A stretch of 35,855 bases of DNA. It comes from Octopus bimaculoides (Eukaryota). Below the pieces are notes generated by a model, which made no database searches, was not told the DNA's origin, and saw nothing but the letters and a program-made list of their open reading frames with translations. The position numbers were made by a program, and so were the translations under genes. Positions 12,682-24,602 of this stretch are shown in pieces; the first letter of the stretch is position 1, and every line of letters starts with the position of its first letter. The stretch spans positions 640,120 through 675,974 of the forward strand of contig NC_069001.1 of the NCBI RefSeq assembly GCF_001194135.2, read 5' to 3'.

Positions 12682-13291
12682 GTAAGTTAACATTTTGTAT
12701 TCCTCCATTGCTGTTATTGTTTTGTTGTTATCTAGCCCCGAGTCAATCGTGATCCAGGGGTGGGGTCAGTGGGGTGCTTTTATGTACCACCGGCATGAGT
12801 GCCATTTGCGTGACACCAGTATCTGCCATGACTGTGATTTTGTGTGTGTTCATGTATATATATGTATATTTGTGTGTGTGTGTGTGTGTGTGTGTTTGCG
12901 TCTTGATATCACGTGATAATTGTAAATGAGAGTCACTGTCATATAAGCAGTATCATTCATTTCCAACATTCTGTGAAAACATGTCCAGCCATAAAGAAAT
13001 ATGACTTTGTTTGAAATCAGGTGAGGGTTAGTGACAGGAAGGGCATCCAGCCATAGAAGATATGCCTCAAATAAGTTCCGTTCAACCCAAGAAAACATGG
13101 TAAGGTGGGTGTTAAATGATGACGATGATGATGACAATGATCCTATAACAAAACGGGCTTTTCAAATGGCGGTTGATGAGAGTGGGAGGGGTTTGTCACA
13201 CATCAAACCTAATATACAATACAGCCATACGTGTTTGTTGTTTGTTTTTCCCTCTTGTTTTCTTTTATCTTTTCCATATTACATATTACAG

Positions 13292-13474
13292 AACAGTGTG
13301 GAAGACCTCGGAGTGTTCCAAACACTAAGCTTATTACATCTTATCCCGACCAGAAACAGTTTCGAGAAAAAACCACTGTGTCATATAAATGTAACGAGGG
13401 ATACCACCAGACAGGCATCAATTTGGCGTGGTGTTTCCGGGGCAAGTGGCGTGGACCTTACATTAACTGTACTG
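13292..13474 (+). CDS. CCP exon 3 (phase 1-1): QCGRPRSVPNT...SYKCNEGYHQTGINLAWCFRGKWRGPYINCT
   Basis: Acceptor attacag, donor gtatgt, 183 nt, full CCP pattern. Confidence 0.92.
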
Positions 13475-14202
13475 GTATGTTATTTTACTTTATGTTTTGT
13501 TATGCTATGTTACGGTACATGACTCAGTGGTTAGAGTGTCAGGCTCACAATCATGAGGTAGTGAGTTCAATTCCCAGACCGGGTTGTGTGTTGTGTTTTT
13601 AAGCAAGACACTTTATTTCACATTGCTCTAGTTCACTCAGCTGTAGAAATGAGTTGTGATGTCACCATTCTTATTGAGTTAAATACATTTCGCTTCACAT
13701 GACCCTGCTTCTTCACATGTCTGGTACCTTCCAGACAAGGAGCTGGTGGTACCTTCTAGAGGATGAGGCAATGCACTGATAAAGAGCTGATGGTACTTTT
13801 CAGGCAATGAGCTAATGATTCTTTTCAAGTCCCATTTTCCTGCCGTTAACATATACACCAGTAACTCCAAGAAATAAGAACGTTGAGAGAGGAATACATA
13901 AACTATGATATTAGAGAGTTGCTTTTTGTTTGTGGAGTTCAAGAATCTGAACAGCTTTTATTTCACTATTCTAACAATTCTTTGCATGGTGTTGTTTTTA
14001 TTTTCACCCCTGACTATTACAGTCTTTGAATAGTTGTAATGCTGTCATTGTTGGAGTACCGTTCTTTTAAAGAATTTGATAACGTATGTAATGCCTCCTG
14101 TTTATGTGTGTGTGTGAGAGAGAGAGTGATTGAATGTATATACACAAACATACATGCATATGTTCATTAATGTGTGTGTAAATATAAGTATGTGTGTATA
14201 TA

Positions 14203-14240
<38 letters not shown>

Positions 14241-14269
14241 CTACACACATGTGTGTGTGTATGTAAATG

Positions 14270-14302
<33 letters not shown>

Positions 14303-14652
14303 ATGTATATATATATATATTATATATATTTCTACATCTATATAGAATATATATATATATGTATATGCATATGTATACACACATAAAAAAATATATATTT
14401 ATGCACACACACACACACACACATATATATATACACATGTATATACATATATACACACATATATACACATGCATATGCATTCACACACATACACATGCAC
14501 ACACACACATATGTATGTCATGGCTACATTAGATATTTTGTTATTGTTGTAAAGAAGAAGAAGGAGGAGACGGAGACAAAAATTCTATTTTTTGAAACGG
14601 TTAAAATATTCCTGACTGAAATAAGCATTTCTTCCTTGTTTATTTTTATTAG

Positions 14653-14841
14653 TGAGTCGAGAAAAACTGAACGAGTTGTGTGGGGTACCTCCTGAAATTG
14701 AGAATGGAGAAGCAAGAATACGAGACGAACCAGTTCGTCATGTGATTTATTCCTGTGCTGATGGCATGAAGCTTACCGGATCTGCAACTCTAAATTGCCA
14801 AGCCAGGGGTGTCTGGGATAATGAACCGCCAAAGTGTTTAT
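14653..14841 (+). CDS. CCP exon 4 (phase 1-1): SREKLNELCGVPPEIENG...YSCADGMKLTGSATLNCQARGVWDNEPPKCL
   Basis: Acceptor tttttattag, donor gtaagt, 189 nt, canonical CCP. Confidence 0.93.
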
Positions 14842-15239
14842 GTAAGTATGATTATTTTCACTTACATTCATATCTAATCTTCTGTGAAAATATATCTGGT
14901 TATGGGGAAATATTACCTTGCATGGAAACAGGTGAAGGTTGGTGACGGGTAAGGCATCCAACCATGGAAAAATTAGGCTCAGCAAAATTCTGTCCAACCC
15001 ATGCATGCATGTAAATGTTTTAAAGGTTAAAACAATTATGATGATGGTGATGATGATGATGATTTTCCTTGTATTTTATTGTTAGGTATGAGTGCATGTA
15101 TAGTCAAATGGTTAAGAAGTTTGCTTTGCAGCCATGAGGACATTGGTTCAAACCCATAATGCTGCATTTGGGGCAGCATTATGATTTTTTTTATAGCTTT
15201 GGGTCAACCTGCAACTTTTGTGTGAAATTTTGTCCAGTC

Positions 15240-15560
15240 CTTGTGGTGTTATGGTTTGTATACCTCAGTGACCCTGAGATTATGCTAGTAGAGTGCAAGT
15301 TCCTGGTAGCTCCCACCCCCACCCCTACGCCCCCATGCTGGACAGGTCAAAGAATAGAGGCCACACTCTCAGAGGTAAAAATAGGTTTGTGTAGCACCAG
15401 CACCTACCTCAACCAAGATATTCAAAACTATCAAGACCTGGGAGAGGAAGGCAAGCTCCCCTCAGGGAAATTGGAAAAGAAACTGCAAGGAAAAGCAGGA
15501 ATGCAATTGGAGAGGGGCAGAAAAGGAAGACCCCCAAGTCCAGAAGAGAAAAGTCATTGA
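15240..15560 (+). mobile_element. Probable RTE-clade LINE 5' end remnant
   Basis: ttgtggtg..ggtttgtatacctcagtgaccctgagattatgct..cctggtag..catgctggacaggtcaaag resembles the RTE/Expander-type 5' UTR as recalled from memory. Confidence 0.45.
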
Positions 15561-15594
15561 TGACCTGTGCTACAATAGGGATTAAAGGGTTTGA

Positions 15595-15815
15595 CCCTTT
15601 AACATTCAAATTATTCTGTCAAATATCTTGCTTATTTATTCATTTTGGTTTGAATTAATCCTGCATAATCTAATAACTTTGAGATTTCAGTGATGTGTTT
15701 ACTTATTTCTAGAACGACACTTCAGGGTAAGTGCAAGAGGCCAGATCTAGCCAGTTTGAACAACATAAGACAAATAGAACATGTAGGCCAGATATGGCTG
15801 GTTTAAATGCTAAAC
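15595..15815 (+). mobile_element. MITE-like element with accctttagcatt...aatgctaaa termini
   Basis: Terminal inverted similarity; further copies at ~20539-20710(+) and 28340-28575(-). Confidence 0.6.
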
Positions 15816-15859
15816 AGGAACTCCATCAGTTACAACAAATGTTCCAGGTGATCCAATCA

Positions 15860-16130
15860 ATGGAACAACATGCTCAAGAGATTAACGTCCAAGTGGCCAG
15901 ACATTCCACAAATACACATGTACCCTTAATGTAGTTCTCGGGGAGATCCAGTGTGACACAGAATGTGACAAGGATGGCACTTTGAAATACAGGTACAACT
16001 CATTTTTGCCAGCTGAGTCAACTGGAGCAACATGAAACTAAAGTGTCTTGCTGAAGGACACAATGCACCACTGAGGATGGAACTCATAACTTTACAATCA
16101 TGAACCAAATGCGCTAATTGTTAAACCACA
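15860..16130 (-). mobile_element. SINE family E (agcaagacactttatttca.gttgctccagt..actcagctggcaaaaatgagttgtacctg)
   Basis: Further copies at ~2410-2730(-), 11170-11330(+), 13510-13670(+) and 16370-16490(+). Confidence 0.8.
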
Positions 16131-16618
16131 TGCCTTTAAATGTTGAAGGGTTAAAGGAAGTAAATGTCAGGTGCAAAGAGACCCATCAGTTGTGTTTTAC
16201 CTGTAATTGAAAAAGTACTGTCTTGTTACATATTGTGTCACATTAATATTGCCTGTGAAATATGTGAAGGGTACACTTACCTTTGAAATACTCAGCCATG
16301 TTCATTCAGAAGCAGTCCATCCAGTTGAACAGATAACTGATTCCCCATTGTCAAATGAGGCTTATTGGTTAATGTAGTCAACTGGGGATCATCATAAGGT
16401 CGTGAGTTCAATTCCTAGCAGCATGCTGTATTCTTGAGCAAGACACTTTATTTCTCATTGTCCCAGTCTGCTCAACCAGCAAGATGAGTTGTATTTTTTG
16501 AAAATAATTTTTTGGAAATTTTTTTATTAATTTTTTTACAAGCTTTTAATGAATTTTTGAAATGAATAAGAATTTTGCTTTACCAAATTTTTTAATGAAT
16601 ATTTTTTTGTGATTGCAG

Positions 16619-16813
16619 TGAAAGAAAGTTTCTGTGGCAAACCTCCTTCCATTCTGGAAGCTCGACACAATGCTTCTTTAGTTCGACCAGCATTTCCTCA
16701 TGGCAGTGCCCTCTTGTACAGTTGTATTCCTGGTTATTTCCATGTTGGTAACACCATAGCAAGGTGTGATGGCACTACGGCAAGCTGGAAAGATCTTACT
16801 ATGAAATGTGAAC
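16619..16813 (+). CDS. CCP exon 5 (phase 1-1): KESFCGKPPSILEARHNAS...YSCIPGYFHVGNTIARCDGTTASWKDLTMKCE
   Basis: Acceptor gattgcag, donor gtgagt, 195 nt; FC..PP.I..ARHNA motif as recalled for LEV-9/Hasp-type modules. Confidence 0.93.
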
Positions 16814-17551
16814 GTGAGTATTTCACAGTTTCAAATACTATAATAACCTTTTATTTTTTAAATTTTATCTTTTATTTGTTCCAGTCATTTGACTGTGGCC
16901 AAGTTGAGGCACCACCTTGAAGGGTTTAGTTGAAAAATCAAGAATGGCAGAATAGCAGTTGCATTTTGTCCTACTTGGAGCCATTTGCACAAACCCTAGT
17001 AGGATAAAACATTTATTGTTCATATGATCACACTGATATATATATATATTGTGTTTATAATGAAATTTTATCTCACACAATAACCACAGTATCGTGTCTT
17101 ATAACAGTGCTAATACATTTAGTATGATATACATGTGGTAATTTTAATATATCGTTTCATTTGTATTAATCCAGCAAGCTTTCCCAATACCTGTGAATGC
17201 ATTACTGTTTCCAAATTTAGCTTAAAACAAGCAACTAATCAAATGCATAGCACTGATAAGCCTTAACAGAGGCAAAATATCTCTGTCATTTTTGTGAGTT
17301 ACTGTGTTATTCTGTTTTTAAACAAACAAACCTATGTAGAGATTTTATCTCAGACAAATGCAACAGCTTCATGCCTTTCAATGGTGTACATGTATTTAGT
17401 ATGAAACACAGATAACGATTTTAATTTAAAGCAGTTTCAACTGCATTCACTGAGAAAATATAAATTTTACTGATTAAGATCATGTTTGGAAAAGTATGAA
17501 TATCACAACATCCCATTTCCACAACTGCATAGTCTGTGTTTCTGTTTGCAG

Positions 17552-17725
17552 CAATGCATTGCAGTCCTCCAGGTGAAATTTCAGGCGGACGAATCGAAGG
17601 AAGTAAATACACGTACATGTCGAAAATATTTTTCCACTGTGACATTGGACACAAGTTGATTGGCCAGAAGTTTCGAGTGTGCCAAGAAGATGGTAACTGG
17701 GATGGGCCAATGTCCACTTGCCAAC
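17552..17725 (+). CDS. CCP exon 6 (phase 1-1): MHCSPPGEISGGRIEGSKYTY...FHCDIGHKLIGQKFRVCQEDGNWDGPMSTCQ
   Basis: Acceptor tctgtttgcag, donor gtgagt, 174 nt, canonical CCP. Confidence 0.93.
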
Positions 17726-18035
17726 GTGAGTAGATTGGTCAAGGAATTTTTTGCTTTCTTTCCTCTGATGCTATCGTAAGCACATTTCCATATTTTGTCC
17801 TATTTCAAATTCAGTGTATGTGTATATGTGAGTGTCTGTATCAGGTATGTGTGGTTGTATACAAGCTGTGTATGTGTGTGTGTGTTTGTTTTGTTGGTCT
17901 CTCACTCAACTTCACCCCACACATAATAATCAAAGGTGTTGCAGTTCACAGACTATCTCAATGAATGCACGGGCACAAAATCTATTCTCAAAATACAAAT
18001 AATTACAACCCCACCTGGCTCTTAACACCTCCTAA

Positions 18036-18066
<31 letters not shown>

Positions 18067-18110
18067 TTTCCCACTCATCCACCCTTGCAACCACTTTATA
18101 TATACACATA

Positions 18111-18312
18111 TATGTGTATATGCAAATTTGTTTAATACATTTGTGTGCGTGCATGTATAATATATTGAAAAATGAAACGAGTATCCATTAGTGAGCTTAA
18201 ATGATATGATTACTTTAACAGGAGCTAAAAATGATTATTTTTAGCTCCTGTTTTTTAACACATTACACACAAGCTCATGCAAATGTATTAAACAAATTTG
18301 CATATACACATA
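18111..18312. repeat. Nested fold-back (MITE-like): 33-bp outer arms plus a central 16-bp perfect hairpin
   Basis: 18111-18143 pairs with 18280-18312; aacaggagctaaaaat (18217-18232) pairs with 18237-18252. Confidence 0.9.
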
Positions 18313-18894
18313 CATTAATAATGGTTTTTTAAAAATTCATTGTTTGCTAAAACACACATATTTGACTCGATCAAGGGTCAACCAACGCATTGAGGGTAGC
18401 TCCTTTTTTATTGAATTCTTTCATTAATTGGATATGGAAACAGCTGTAGGAGCAAGGAATTTGATATTGTACAGAATTGAATATGTTCTCCATTTTCTTT
18501 TTCGATTACTTAAATAATTTATACCGATACCCATCAATGGGAAACTAACATCTTTGGCTTTTCACTGACATTGGATAAAACCGGTGAACTTGAATGCTGA
18601 CATCTCTTTAAGAAAATTTTATATCCTTGATTTGATTGTGGGTGTGTGTGTTTATGCATATAGACAGATAATTATATAGATTTCTTTTACTTGTTTCAGT
18701 CATTTGACTGTGGCCATGCTGGAGCACCATCTTTAGTCAAAATCGACCCTGGGACTTATTCTTTGTAAGCCTAGTACTTATTCTATCGGTCTCTTTTGCT
18801 GAAGTGCTAGGTTATGGGGATGTAAACATGCTAACATCAGTTGTCAAGCGATGGTGGGTGGTGGTGGTGGGCGGGGAGAAACATAGACATACAA

Positions 18895-18961
<67 letters not shown>

Positions 18962-20863
18962 TATACGATGGGCTTCTTTCAGTTTCCATCTCCTAAATCC
19001 ACTCACAAGGCTTTGGTCAGCCCGAGTGTCACCATCATACAAGCAGTGTCATCTGTTTCCAGTTTTCCATGTAAACATGTTTGGTCATGGGTAAATATTA
19101 TTTTGTCTGGAAACAGGAAAGGGTTAGTGGCAGGAAGGGCATCCGGCTGTAGAGAAAATCTGCCACAACAAATTCCATCTGACCCATGCAAGCATGGAAA
19201 AAGTGGATACTAAAACGATAACAGGGAAAGTTGGTAGTGCAAAGAATTTCAGTTATTCACAAACAAATCCTTAAACTTTTACCAAATTTCCTGCACCCAC
19301 CCATTCCGTATAGAAAAAGCTTGAAATGTTTCTAAGTGCAGCCCCACCTTCTTAGATGAACCGATATTGAACAAAACACAGTGGGATAAGTAAATGGTTT
19401 ACTATAAGTTAGTTTACACAGTTTAACAAGTTCAGATTATTATTTCTACCAAACTATTAGCAGCTGGAATTAGAGAACATTGTCTCAGTTTTCTTCAATT
19501 ATTAACACTGTTGTTGTTGTTGTCAGTATAAGTTCCAAGCAATGAATATATGGGCAACCACTCTCTTGGGGAGATGGGGAGATATCATTATTATTTTTTT
19601 TTAGTAGTAGTAATAGTAGTGCTGCTGTTACTACTACTACTACTACTATTGTAGCCCCCCCCCAATGACTTGAGCTCATGTGGCCAATGAAAGAAATAAC
19701 TACCATCATCATCATATGTTCCAAGCAACAACTACATGTGCAATCACTCTCTTGAGATATGGAGATACTACTACTACTCCTGCTACTACTACTACTATTA
19801 CTACTACTACTACTACTACTACTACTATTTCTTTATTTTTATTCTCATATTTCTGTTAATCTTTGATGTTTTTCTAAAACATTTATGCTTTTTCAGAGAG
19901 TTTAGGTCAAGTCTCTGCAATTGTTTTAAACTTATTTTTAACTTAGATTTCTTTTTTACATTTTTATTTTTTATCTTCTCCTTGTTTCAGTCATTGGACT
20001 GTGACCATGCTGGGGCAATGCCCTAAAAGGTTTTTAGTCAAACAAATCACCTCCTCTACCACCATCTTCACACCCCATCCCCTGTAGTTTTTTTTTCTTA
20101 AGTCTAGTACTTATTCAGTCAGTTACTTTTGATGAACTGTTGAGTTGCAGGGACATAAACAAAGCAGGGACATAAACTGATTCTAAATCAGTTGTGAGAG
20201 TAAAAAACAAACATACAAGCACACACACACACACACACAATGAGCTTGTGAGGGGATTGTTGTGTGTATGTGTGTGTGTCCACTAATGGCTTACCCCACC
20301 CTAGTAAATTAATTCAACATAACCCTCAACTCCATACATATAAACCTATTGCTTCAGCTGACCCCCTTAAAAAAACTAACCCTCATAACTAGAACTATAA
20401 TGCCAATGCGAACACATCCAGCATGGACAACGAATGTTAAGTGATGATGACGATAATAGTATATATCTACATGTATATCTGTTGATTCACCAGAAGTGGT
20501 AAATTACAAGACTCAGTACAGATGTAGGGTATTCCTTAATCCTTTAGCATTCAGATTGCTGTGTCAAATGTAATGTTTGTTTATTCATATTGTTTTGACT
20601 TAATCATGTGTTATCTTGTAGCTTTGAGATTTCGAAAATGCGATTGTTTATTTTTAGAATGACATTGTAGGGTAGGTGTGAGTGGCCAGATCTGACCAGT
20701 TTGAACATATATATAGACAGGCAGTAGAGCATGACACAGTCTGCTGGCTTGCCAGCTCCTGTCAAACTGTTCAAGCTATGCCAACAGGGCAGGTGGACAT
20801 TAAATGATGATGATATAATAAAAACATATAAATAAATAAATTGTATACCTTACCATATTTCAG

Positions 20864-21034
20864 GTGAAGTGTGTCCCATCTTGGAGAAACCAGAGAATGG
20901 TGGCAAGTTTGGCAGCAATAGATACAATGATGTGACAAAGTATGTCTGTTACACTGGCTTCAAATTGGTTGGTGATGTAGAACGTAGGTGTACGGAGAAT
21001 CTCACGTGGACAGGCTCACAACCGAAATGTGTTC
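20864..21034 (+). CDS. CCP exon 7 (phase 1-1): EVCPILEKPENG...YVCYTGFKLVGDVERRCTENLTWTGSQPKCV
   Basis: Acceptor atatttcag, donor gtaagt, 171 nt, canonical CCP. Confidence 0.93.
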
Positions 21035-22895
21035 GTAAGTTGAGTTTTTGATTACATATCATGAGACTGTCTGTCTGTGTGTCACAATAGAAATGTAGAA
21101 TCTGGGAGATCTATGAACTAATCCTGTGTTTCTGTTGGCAATTACTAAGTATGGAAACGCATATCTTCTATTTTGTGTTGCTCCTGTTCTTGTCACCATT
21201 ATCTTTATCCTCATTCCAGTTATTCCCATCTATCTTTATTATGATCAGGGTCACCATGTGTATCCCTTAAAGCAAGACTCTTGGCCTTTGTCCCTCTATC
21301 ACAGCAGTCACCAACTTTCTTTGCAGCTCAGACATAGTTGGTGCCCCCTGTTCTATCATACAGCTTAGACTTTCAACACTTTTATCTACTGGCTCAAGTT
21401 CAAATCTCTTGAGCACTTTGAAGTGTATTCTATACAGAGAACACCTGTCTCTAATTCCAATGCAGGACTCAATCCAGGCTCTGGGCTATCAACACTGTCA
21501 GAATTCAAATTAATACTGAAATTCTACAGATGTAGAAAATCCAGGTTTCACAACAGCAAAACCATTTTGTGGGTTTAGCAAAGACTAAAATATAATCCCA
21601 ATAAGATGACAAAGAAATAGTTGAACACATCTTCAATGATTCGTTGCAATAGTTTCTGTGACAACACTGCTTTCAACAACAGTTTACTCAAAAGTTTCAA
21701 GTGAAAATCTATGTAATATTTGTTATTGCAAACATTAGAGTGGCACTTCCTCAGACCTGCAATAAAAGTGTGCTCTTACAAGGTGTGTCCGCCAGACTTT
21801 GTGATTTGCTTATATCAGGAGGAAACAAAAAGTAAATAAAGATGAAAATGTAAATAGATTGTACCAGAGCAGATAAAAGTATGATCAGGGGGATGGGGAA
21901 GCAGTTTACAGGGAAGGAGGAGGAGGAGGAGGCAGAGAGATGGAGGAAGAGGAGGATTTTGAAGAAGATGGAGAAGAAGAAAGGATTAAGAAAGAGAAAG
22001 GACAAATGAAAAGCTGGAAGAAGGGGCTTATGTGGACGCTGACAAGTAATCTCTATCATATTATAATGGAAGAATGAGAATTGTTTCAGTGTTGGACCCA
22101 GGATGAAATAAAATAAAGAAAATGAGAAAGAGGGGGAAAGTGGGGGGGGGGTGAAAATAAAAACAATATCAATGACTGCAACAACACTAATAATGAGAAG
22201 AAAATAACGATAATAATACTACTGCTATTATTGTTAATTAAACTAGTATTATAAATGATAGCAACACTAACAATAATATTAAAGAAAATAATTACAGGAG
22301 CAGCAGCCATTATAGGGAAGACAATTGGAACAGAAATAACATCAGTGATGATGATGATGACTAAAAGAAAATAGTGTTGCAGTGGGTAGAGGAAGTACAA
22401 TGGTGATAGGCAATAAAGTACATGAATAAATTGAGAAATAATCATTTCTTTGTGGTGCGTATCACAATCGCTACTTATATTCATTGCTCGATGTTTTAGG
22501 CACTGAGCAATCCCTCTCTTTACACTGTATAGATGTGCCTATAGTAGAAAGGACTATTATTATCATTGTTGTTATCATTATTATTATTATTATTAAGGCA
22601 GAGAGGTGGTAGAATCATTAGCATGCCAGGCAAAATTGTTTAGCTGAACTTCTTTTGGCTTTACATTCTGAGTTCAAATTCAGCCATGGTCGACTTTGCT
22701 TTTCATCTTTCCAGGTTCAATAAAACAAACTACCAGTCAAGTGCTAGTCAATGTAATTGATTTGCCCCACCCGCTAAAATTTCGGGCTTTGTACCTATAA
22801 CAATGCATTATTATTATTGTTATTACTACTACTACTACTACTATTTTAATATTAATATTTTTATTTATGTTATTCATTTTTATTATTATTCTCAG

Positions 22896-23066
22896 CATTC
22901 CAGTGTCGAACTCTCAAACCACCAATCAATGGTCACGTTGCTGCAGAATATTCTGTGAATAGTTTGGCAAATTATTCCTGCCACATTGGTTTTGAATTAC
23001 AAGGACCGGTTTCAAGACGGTGCCGAGAAGATGAAACATGGACAGGAACGGAACCACAATGTATTG
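22896..23066 (+). CDS. CCP exon 8 (phase 1-1): FQCRTLKPPING...YSCHIGFELQGPVSRRCREDETWTGTEPQCI
   Basis: Acceptor ttctcag, donor gtaaga, 171 nt; absent from the ORF track because it is too short. Confidence 0.93.
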
Positions 23067-23635
23067 GTAAGAGCAAGAACACAAAAATTTTTATCTGATT
23101 AACAAATAATTATCCCTAAAAAAAAATGATATTATTAAATTGAAGATAAAGATTTTATAACAAGTTGCTATAGCAACCAAAGTTAATATAAATAATATAA
23201 ATCCAGCTTATAAAGTTACCAATTTTTTGTGAAGTTCTGCCAACTTTTATATTTGTGTGGAAGAAACACCAGTTGTTTTGGCGTTGTAATCTATCAAACT
23301 ACTGCTAAGTCTGGTGTTCTTCACACAGTTGTTCTCTGTCTTCATCTTCTTTTTCTTCCTACAGACACTAAGTATATACAAAACAGTTTTATTTTATATA
23401 CAAAGTTTGTTATATCATCACACACATGGATGTGTAATTAAGAAGTTTGCTTCCCAGCCATGTGGTTTGGGGTTCAGACCCGCTGTGTGCCATCTTGAAT
23501 AATTGTTTTTTTTTTATTATAGGGATTAAATTGATCAAAGTCATTTAAGTGAAAGTGATAGGAAAAACAACTGAAAGAAGCTTATAGTGTGTACGTATGC
23601 ATGTATGCATTGCTAAATTCTCTGTATTTTTGCAG

Positions 23636-23720
23636 AAACTGGTTGTAAGGCACCAGAACCATTATGGTTGGGAACCATATCAGGATCAAGTTATAAATCA
23701 GGATCTATTATATTTTTCAG
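23636..23720 (+). CDS. Exon 9: first half of split CCP (phase 1-2): TGCKAPEPLWLGTISGSSYKSGSIIFF(S)
   Basis: Acceptor tttttgcag, donor AG/gtaagg, 85 nt; joins exon 10 in frame to restore all 4 Cys. Confidence 0.85.
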
Positions 23721-24240
23721 GTAAGGAAACGGATTTTAGTTTGCTAATATCTTTCCTTCTTCTTCCCATTTTCTGCGTACTTCTATGTACTTCTGTGTGC
23801 TTCTACATATTTTTCTCTTCCCTCCCATCTCTAATTACTTTTGTTTCATGAAAGACAATGTTCTTCAGTGTTATTTTTGTCAAAAGGTGAGGAAATCCTC
23901 TGGAATTCTAGAGAGACATGTAAACATGCACAAAAAACACAAAGAAATAATAATTCAGAACTGAGACACGTTTGCAACATTTGTGGAAAGTTTTTTTAAG
24001 AGAGTCTCTGGGTTCAAAGGCCATATTTGTTTTCACTTGGATCTAATGCTATATTTGTGGTTGAAGTGGTCATCTTTTGTTTCAGAGTGGACTGCCTTAA
24101 TGCATGTGTGTATGCATAAAATTCATGGAATGGCAAATGAAGAAGAATTACATAACAAATTTTATTCTTTATGCAGAAGCATATGTATTCTGACTTCTAA
24201 GAACATAGAAGCACACACATAAAGAACACAAGTGAGGTTT

Positions 24241-24536
24241 AAAATTCACAACAGCTGTTTTGGCAGCATTTTATTGGTGCATACTTAGGTTACAGCATGG
24301 CAAAAAGCCCACCAGCATCAGATAAACAGGTAAGGCAAAAATAGATGACCAGTTCACCACCAGCTTTGGTGGAACAAGTCAAATGTTTGTTCCACTAAGG
24401 CTAGTGGTGAACTGGTCATCATCTGTTTCTGACTTGTTTATATGTTTAAATTTACCTAATGCTGCTGGGTTTTTTGCCATGCTGTAATCTAAGAAGACAT
24501 CAATAAAATGCTGCTGAAACAGCTGTTGTGAATTTT
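24241..24536. repeat. Diverged ~300-bp full-length palindrome (fold-back/MITE-like)
   Basis: aaaattcacaacagctgttt...ggtggaacaag | tcaaatg | tttgttccac...aaacagctgttgtgaatttt; arms pair along most of their length, with a mismatched internal stretch. Confidence 0.92.
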
Positions 24537-24571
24537 CAACCCGGCTTGCATTCTTCTTTATACATACATAC

Positions 24572-24602
<31 letters not shown>

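Noticed and set aside
13679-13942. 87-aa minus-strand ORF with short internal repeats (aaggtacca)
   Set aside because: No recognisable domain; likely part of an unclassified repeat
21200-21790. Non-repetitive intronic island with a ~70-codon open stretch on the minus strand
   Set aside because: No recognisable motif, start or splice context; probably an unclassified decayed transposon
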